From Actinomycetota bacterium (lineage in GTDB: Bacteria > Actinomycetota > Acidimicrobiia > Acidimicrobiales > Ilumatobacteraceae): a stretch of 64,000 nucleotides of DNA. Below, one piece after another: positions 54,355 through 64,000 of the stretch. The notes under the pieces were generated by a model that was not told where the DNA came from, did no database searches, and was given only the letters and a program-made list of their open reading frames with translations. The translations under genes and the position numbers were made by a program. The stretch's first letter is position 1. Each line of letters opens with the position of its first letter. Where the stretch lies: NCBI GenBank assembly GCA_009919275.1, contig RGCG01000003.1, forward strand, positions 5,455 to 69,454. Reading direction: 5' to 3'.

Positions 54355-55278
54355 CTAGGTCAATTGCGGGGGATTGAACGCCGAGCGAAGAAGACTCGCC
54401 GACATCGAGATTGCGGCCTTGCCGTCGTCGACGAAATCGGCGAGCGAGACGAAGCCGTGGAACTGGCCCGAGAATCGAATGTGCGAAACCGGCACGCCGA
54501 GCGAGGCGAGTTTCGCGGCGTACGCGTCGCCCTCGTCGCGGAGCGGATCGAACTCCGCGGTGATCACGCACGTGGGTGGCACCGCGGCGAGATTCGCATC
54601 GGACTCGAAGAGCGGGGACAGCCGCGGGTCATCGAGTGAGGCGCCGCCGTCGGAGACGTAGTGATGCACGAACCACTTCATTCCCGCGTGGGTGAGGAAC
54701 GGGCCGTCCTTGTTTTCCCGGTGGCTCGGGTGTCCAAGATTGCAGTCGGTCACGGGATAGATGAGCAGTTGGTAGGTAGCCGGGATGACCTGCATGTTGG
54801 CGATGGCTGCCGCGATGTTTCCGCCGGCCGAGTCACCGCCGATGGCGATGCGTCCCGGGTCGCAGCCGATCGACGCGGCGTTCAGGTGTGCCCATCGTGT
54901 GGCATTGACGCAATCGACGAGCGGTGTGGGGAACGGATGCTCGGGAGCCAGTCGATAATCGACGGACAACACGGCACACGGGGTCTGCATGCAGATGGCG
55001 CGACACACGCTGTCATGGGACTCGACGCTTCCGAGCACCCAACCACCGCCGTGGTAGTAGACGAGTAGGGGAAGGTTCGGATCATCGTTCGGCTTGTAGA
55101 GACGCGCGGGAACACCACCGGCATCGATGTCGGTCATCTTGTGGATCGGCACGGTCGATGGTGCCTGCATCGCAGCGCGAGTCTCGCGTGCGTTCTGCGG
55201 GGTGTCGTCCTCGAAGGGCTTGTGGCCGAGGCTTGCGACGAAGTCGGTGATGAACTTGGCCTGAGGATGAAGTGGCAT
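54355..55278 (-). CDS. Alpha/beta hydrolase, hormone-sensitive-lipase-like esterase
   Basis: The oxyanion HGGGW, the nucleophile elbow GDSAGG and DPLRDEG are present. I chose the internal ATG at 55276-55278 (MPLHPQAKF). Confidence 0.8.
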   Translation of the reverse strand: MPLHPQAKFITDFVASLGHKPFEDDTPQNARETRAAMQAPSTVPIHKMTDIDAGGVPARLYKPNDDPNLPLLVYYHGGGWVLGSVESHDSVCRAICMQTPCAVLSVDYRLAPEHPFPTPLVDCVNATRWAHLNAASIGCDPGRIAIGGDSAGGNIAAAIANMQVIPATYQLLIYPVTDCNLGHPSHRENKDGPFLTHAGMKWFVHHYVSDGGASLDDPRLSPLFESDANLAAVPPTCVITAEFDPLRDEGDAYAAKLASLGVPVSHIRFSGQFHGFVSLADFVDDGKAAISMSASLLRSAFNPPQLT

Positions 55279-55288
55279 GCGGCGAAAC

Positions 55289-56477
55289 TTAGTTCGCCGG
55301 CGCGGTACCTTCTTTCGCCGCGGCGTTATCTGCTTGCGCCACGGCGTTATCTGCTTGCGCCGGCGCGGGCTCGGCCTTCTTCTTCGGCGGTGGGACACCG
55401 ACGGATGGCGCCTTGTCGGCCCATTCCGGCCAACGACGACGGCTGACGATCGAAAGTGTGCGAAGAAGTTTCATCGCCACCTCGTCTTCCTGCGCGGGGC
55501 GGGCGATGATGACGCCGTCCTTGATCATCCGGTTGATGACTTCCTCGCCGATTTCGGTACGGACAATGGTGAGTGTCCAGTCGTTGTCCTTGCCGATGCC
55601 GCCGGTCGAAATGTCGGCGTGTTCGGCCGCGAAGTCGGGGCAGTGCTTGCAGCCGGTGCGGGTCCACTGGTGACATTCCTTCAGGCATGTCCTGCTTCTT
55701 CAGGCCGTACTTCGCCTCGAAGAGTTCGGGGAAGATCGCGTCGTCGAAGGTCTTCGAACACAGCAGGCCGATGTTGAAGAGAAACGGCTTGCTGACCTTG
55801 CCGGCCTTGCGATCCCACATGACGGGCGGGGACGAAGTCTGGCAACCCATGCCGACGAGTGCGAGGCGCGAGAGGCCGGCCTCTTTGGCGTCGCGCAACG
55901 CGAGCGGGTTGGCGCAGTACGTGTAGCGGCTACCCGCGGTGGCCAATACTTCTTCCTTCGTGCGCACGAGTTGGGGCCGGGCTTTCCATGCGTCGTCGTC
56001 TTCGACGCCGCTGACGAGGGCGCCCTCGATGTAGTCGTTGTCGAGCAGCCAGGCGAGCATCGCGGTGACGAAGCCGCCGTCCTGTCCCTTTTCGTGCTGG
56101 ACGGAGTCGCTGGCCCTCGTGAGGAGAAGTTGGCGCCAGACACCGGCCATCTCGTCGGGATTGCGCACACGACCAAAGAGATGCTTGTCGGCGGCCGGTT
56201 CCCACTGACGGAACCTCGGGCACGCACGCGTGCACGTTGTACAGCCGCCCTCCTCACCGAAGCCGTGGATGCAGTTGTCGAGGCCGAGTGATTCCTCGAG
56301 ATGGAACGGCTTGTACTTGCCTTCGACGTGTTCGTATCCGATGACATCGTGGGGGCAGGTGACGACACACCCTGCGCAGCCGGTGCACAACCCGGTGTCG
56401 ATGACTTCGTTGTAGAGCTCGCGCCACTGGGCTGTCCAGCGCGTTGCGGCAGGGGGAGCCGTGTCGGTCATGGTCAT
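55289..56477 (-). pseudogene. FrhB/FpoF-family protein (coenzyme F420 hydrogenase/dehydrogenase beta-subunit-like, with an N-terminal 4Fe-4S motif), interrupted by a frame break near 55690
   Basis: The N-terminal frame reads CTGCAGCVVTCPHD...GFVTAMLAW...LFNIGLLCSKTFDD...EAKYGLKKQDM. The C-terminal part is in another frame: LKECHQWTRTGCKHCPDFAAEHADISTGGIG...MIKDGVIIARPAQ. The usual segment of about 20-25 aa between these two blocks is absent. Confidence 0.7.
55321..55362 (-). repeat. Tandem 21-nt coding duplication at the 3' end of the FrhB-like gene
   Basis: cggcgttatctgcttgcgcc occurs at 55321 and at 55342. It encodes AQADNAV / AQADNAA in an Ala/Pro/Lys-rich tail. Confidence 0.85.
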
Positions 56478-56522
56478 GGGACCGACTCTACTGACACGGC
56501 TCCCACGGCCGCCGCTCGAGCC

Positions 56523-56870
<348 letters not shown>

Positions 56871-56885
56871 CTATTCGTCTCGTTG

Positions 56886-58139
56886 TCAGGCCTGGTAGGC
56901 GGTTTCTGCATGCTGGCTCTGGTCGAGACCGACGAGTTCGTCCTCGGTCGACACACGGATACCGATCGTCTTGTTGATGACCACCGCGACGATGTACGTC
57001 ACGACGAACGAGAAGACGAGCGTGGCCACGCTGGCGAGCGCCTGCTTGCCGAGCAGGTCGGCGCCGCCACCGAAGAACCAACCGTCTGCGCCGAGGCTGT
57101 TCACACTCTTGTCGGCAAAGAAGCCGAGCAGCAGCGCGCCGATGAGACCACCGACGAGGTGGACGGCGATGACGTCGAGGCTGTCGTCGAAACCGAACTT
57201 CGTCTTCAGGCGAAGTGCGAGGTAGCACACGACTCCCGCGACGAGTCCGATGACGATCGGGGCCATGCCACCGACGAACCCCGCGCACGGCGTGATCGCC
57301 ACGAGACCGGCGACGGCTCCGGACGCGGCACCGAGAGTCGTCGCGTGTCCTGCGAGCAGCTTTTCGACGACGATCCAGGCGAGCATGGCCGACGCCGCGG
57401 CGAGTTGCGTGTTGATCAGGGCCTGGGCGGCAAGGCCGTTTGCACCGAGGGCCGAACCGGCGTTGAAACCGAACCAGCCGAACCACAGAATTCCCGTACC
57501 GAGAACCGTGAACGGCAGGTTGTGGGGAGGCATCGCCTCGCGCTGCCAACCGCGACGCTTGCCGAGAACGAGTACGACCGCGAGCGCAGCGGCACCCGCG
57601 TTGATGTGTACGACAGCGCCACCCGCGAAGTCGAGTGCGCCTTCGCCGAAGAGCCAGCCGTTCGGGCTGAACACCCAGTGGGCGACCGTCGGGTAGACGA
57701 TGATCGCCCAGACGCCGATGAGGATCGCGTAGGCGGAGAACTTCATTCGGTCCGCGGTTGCCCCGGTGATGAGCGCCGGCGTGATGACCGCGAACATCAT
57801 CTGGTACGCGACGAAAGCGAGCGGCGGAATCACCAGCGCGAAGTCACCGACGTACCCGGGGAGATTCGGCGCGTTCGCAACGTCGGAGAGGAACAGAAAG
57901 TCGAAGTTTCCGATCCACTTGTTGTCGCCGCCGAAGGCGAGGCTGAATCCGATGACGGCCCAGATCACGGAGATGAGGCCCATCGCAAAGACGTTCTGCA
58001 TGAGCATCCCGAGAACGTTTTTCGAGCGGACCATACCTCCGTAGAAGAAGGCGAGACCTGGGGTCATGAAAAGGACCAGAGCGCAGGAAACGAGCACCCA
58101 CGCTGTGGCCCCGGTATCGATGGGGGTGTTGGCTGTCAT
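56886..58139 (-). CDS. amtB: Ammonium transporter (Amt family)
   Basis: LFMTPGLAFFYGGMVRSKN, DFAGGAVVHINAG, ILWFGWFGFNAGS and VIAVHLVGG are present. I chose the internal ATG at 58137-58139 (MTANTPI). Confidence 0.9.
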   Translation of the reverse strand: MTANTPIDTGATAWVLVSCALVLFMTPGLAFFYGGMVRSKNVLGMLMQNVFAMGLISVIWAVIGFSLAFGGDNKWIGNFDFLFLSDVANAPNLPGYVGDFALVIPPLAFVAYQMMFAVITPALITGATADRMKFSAYAILIGVWAIIVYPTVAHWVFSPNGWLFGEGALDFAGGAVVHINAGAAALAVVLVLGKRRGWQREAMPPHNLPFTVLGTGILWFGWFGFNAGSALGANGLAAQALINTQLAAASAMLAWIVVEKLLAGHATTLGAASGAVAGLVAITPCAGFVGGMAPIVIGLVAGVVCYLALRLKTKFGFDDSLDVIAVHLVGGLIGALLLGFFADKSVNSLGADGWFFGGGADLLGKQALASVATLVFSFVVTYIVAVVINKTIGIRVSTEDELVGLDQSQHAETAYQA

Positions 58140-58163
58140 GGGGCGAAAAAATAAATTCGCGTT

Positions 58164-58190
58164 GTTAACGGAGTGTTTCCGTGCCGTGAA
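58164..58190 (-). promoter_or_regulatory. Candidate GlnR-type operator upstream of amtB
   Basis: The minus strand reads TTCAC-n6-GAAAC-n6-TTAAC, with exact 6-nt spacers. This resembles the actinobacterial GlnR box gTnAc-n6-GaAAc-n6-GtnAC-n6-GAAAc. It lies 25-51 nt upstream of the ATG. Confidence 0.35.
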
Positions 58191-58195
58191 AGAAC

Positions 58196-58225
58196 GAATC
58201 GCCGCCGCTTGCGCGACGGCGATTC
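58196..58225 (-). terminator. Strong GC-rich hairpin between the two amt genes (terminator or attenuator-like)
   Basis: The hairpin GAATCGCCG(ycgc)-gcaa-(gcgr)CGGCGATTC has a 9-bp perfect outer stem and lies about 57 nt downstream of the upstream amt stop. No clear U-tract follows. Confidence 0.45.
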
Positions 58226-58281
58226 GCCCACCCCACCGGTACCTGCGAGATCCCGGGAAATTCGGGTCGTGTGATTCGGCG

Positions 58282-62861
<4,580 letters not shown>

Positions 62862-62865
<4 letters not shown>

Positions 62866-63158
62866 GATGAAGAGTCAAGCAGCATGCGTGCCGCCCCGGC
62901 TGTTTCTTCGCGCAACATCCAGCCACGACGTCGAACCGTCAGGATCGATCCCTCGCCGAGCGCGCGCCGCAGAGCGACAAGTGCCGCGTCGCAGCGTCGA
63001 CTCGAGCCATCGAGTTCCGCGAGGCGGTTGAGGTCGTGGCGTCCCGTGACTTTGCCGACGCGGTCGACGAGAACGCGCAGGACCGCCACCTCGGCCGGGC
63101 CGAGGCGCTTGGCGTCTTTTGACCCTTCGCTGCTTGCCAGCCCTTCACTGCGTGCCAT
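62862..63158 (-). CDS. Stand-alone OmpR/PhoB-type winged-helix DNA-binding protein with no receiver domain
   Basis: The length is 98 aa. LGPAEVAVLRVLVDRVGKVTGRHDL...RCDAALVALRRALGEGSILTVRRRGWML matches the Trans_reg_C pattern. Its stop overlaps the start of the fusion gene (GTGATG). Confidence 0.65.
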
Positions 63159-63276
63159 GGCGCGAAAACGTACGGGGGGTGCGTCTCGGCTGTGTTCAGG
63201 GCGTGTTGCGGGGACGTGAATTCATGCACACCGGTGGGATTCGTCGGCCCGTTACCGATGGGTAAATAATTGGGGC

Positions 63277-64000
63277 ATGGAATTGACCTACCCCACAGAT
63301 GCCGAGGAATTCCGCGAGGAAGTCAGGGCTTGGCTGCGCGAGAACCTGCCCGCCGGCTGGTTCGATCCCGGATTCGAATTGTCGGCAGACGAACGCCGCA
63401 AGTTCAACGAAACCTGGCCGGCGAAGTTGTACGGCGGTGGGTGGATCTGTGCGACATGGCCGAAGGAGTACGGAGGCAAGGGCCTCTCGGTCATGCAGGG
63501 AGTTGTTCTTTCCGAAGAGTTCGCCGCGGCGAAGGCGCCGATGCGCGCCGACTTCTTCGGCGACACCCTCGTCGGACCAACCATCCTGCAGTGGGGTACC
63601 GAAGAGCAGAAAAAGGAGTTCCTGCCGAAGATTCTCCGCGGTCAAACGCGCTGGTGTCAGGGCTTCAGTGAACCGAACAGTGGTAGTGACTTGGCGAGCC
63701 TGAAGACATCGGCGGTCCTTGACGGTGACGAGTGGGTCATCAATGGTCAAAAGGTGTGGACCACCGGCGGCCACCACGCCGACTACTGCTTCCTTCTCAC
63801 GCGTACCGACCCGACGGCGCCGAAGCACAAGGGCATCTCGTATCTCCTCGTGCCGATGCGCCAGCCGGGAGTTGAGGTGCGCGGCATCGTTCAGCCCGAC
63901 GGTACCGCCGAGTTTTGTGAAGTCTTCTTCACGGACGCACGGTGCCCGAAGGACAACGTTGTCGGTGGCGTCAACAACGGTTGGCAGGTAGCGAACTCGA
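63277..64000 (+). CDS. Acyl-CoA dehydrogenase family protein, 3'-partial at the window edge. It is not in the supplied ORF track because it has no stop codon.
   Basis: The ATG at 63277 opens frame 1, which stays open to the end of the window. The translation reads MELTYPTDAEEFREEVRAWLRENLP...WPKEYGGKGLS...RWCQGFSEPNSGSDLASLKT...WVINGQKVWTT... Confidence 0.8.
   Translation, partial: MELTYPTDAEEFREEVRAWLRENLPAGWFDPGFELSADERRKFNETWPAKLYGGGWICATWPKEYGGKGLSVMQGVVLSEEFAAAKAPMRADFFGDTLVGPTILQWGTEEQKKEFLPKILRGQTRWCQGFSEPNSGSDLASLKTSAVLDGDEWVINGQKVWTTGGHHADYCFLLTRTDPTAPKHKGISYLLVPMRQPGVEVRGIVQPDGTAEFCEVFFTDARCPKDNVVGGVNNGWQVANS

Noticed and set aside
54355-55398. N-terminal extensions offered by the ORF track: the esterase from 55398, amt from 59994 and 58316, the lipoprotein from 26489, the SBP from 13998, the sortase from 33969 and the SCO1664-family gene from 52554.
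   Set aside because: The extensions are Arg/Pro-rich or low-complexity and overlap upstream genes. Internal ATG/GTG codons give canonical N-termini (signal peptides, lipoboxes, conserved first motifs), often with a Shine-Dalgarno sequence.
63240-63255. GTAAC-n6-ACGAA on the minus strand, upstream of the wHTH gene, as a third GlnR-like site.
   Set aside because: The second pentamer matches the GaAAc half-site poorly and there is no further phased repeat. It is too weak to call.

Overview
The window is a densely coded, high-GC segment (judged by eye, not computed) of chromosomal, non-mobile character. I found about 64 protein genes and no rRNA, tRNA, CRISPR array, transposase or integrase. The gene content points to an actinobacterial host: a WhiB-family protein, a class E sortase, HelD, Lhr, a PdtaS-type kinase, a DUF3107 gene with two ArsA-like ATPases, the SCO1664/DUF3090/phosphatase trio, and several F420-type enzymes.

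Layout, left to right:
- 1-5.6 kb: three subtilisin (S8) catalytic modules in two or three genes.
- 5.8-10.6 kb: a liv-type branched-chain amino-acid ABC transporter whose binding-protein gene looks broken.
- 10.6-20.5 kb: a nine-gene set for reductive pyrimidine / beta-alanine catabolism. It comprises an aminotransferase and a convergent eight-gene operon (ABC importer, luciferase-like F420-type oxidoreductase, mmsA, dihydropyrimidinase, beta-ureidopropionase). No canonical dihydropyrimidine dehydrogenase is present.
- 20.5-33.8 kb: small PPOX-like proteins, a cold-shock protein, helD, a DtxR-family regulator with a lipoprotein, lhr, a TetR regulator, an enoyl-CoA hydratase and sortase E.
- 33.9-40.4 kb: a complete System I cytochrome c maturation operon (ccmABCDEFGH plus a CcmI-like gene).
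- 40.4-55.3 kb: a SUOX-fold protein, a SufR-like regulator divergent from mrp/apbC, DUF3107 with two ArsA-like ATPases, pdtaS, whiB, a GDPD, a lipid kinase, etfBA, the SCO1664 trio, a family-5 UDG and an esterase.
- 55.3-63.2 kb: a nitrogen locus, transcribed on the minus strand in this order: receiver-less OmpR-type wHTH, a CPA2 antiporter fused to a GlnD-like but apparently catalytically dead HD*-ACT-ACT module, PII, Amt, Amt, PII, and a (broken) FrhB-like F420 subunit gene.
- 63.3 kb to the end: a 3'-partial acyl-CoA dehydrogenase.

The most interesting item is the antiporter::GlnD-like fusion sitting at the head of a duplicated PII/Amt cluster that carries GlnR-box-like repeats. A second recurring observation is that at least four genes are interrupted. 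In each case the break looks like a missing stretch of tens of nucleotides rather than a single-base indel, so it should be checked against raw reads.

All functional calls rest on motifs recognised by eye in the supplied translations. No database search was run.
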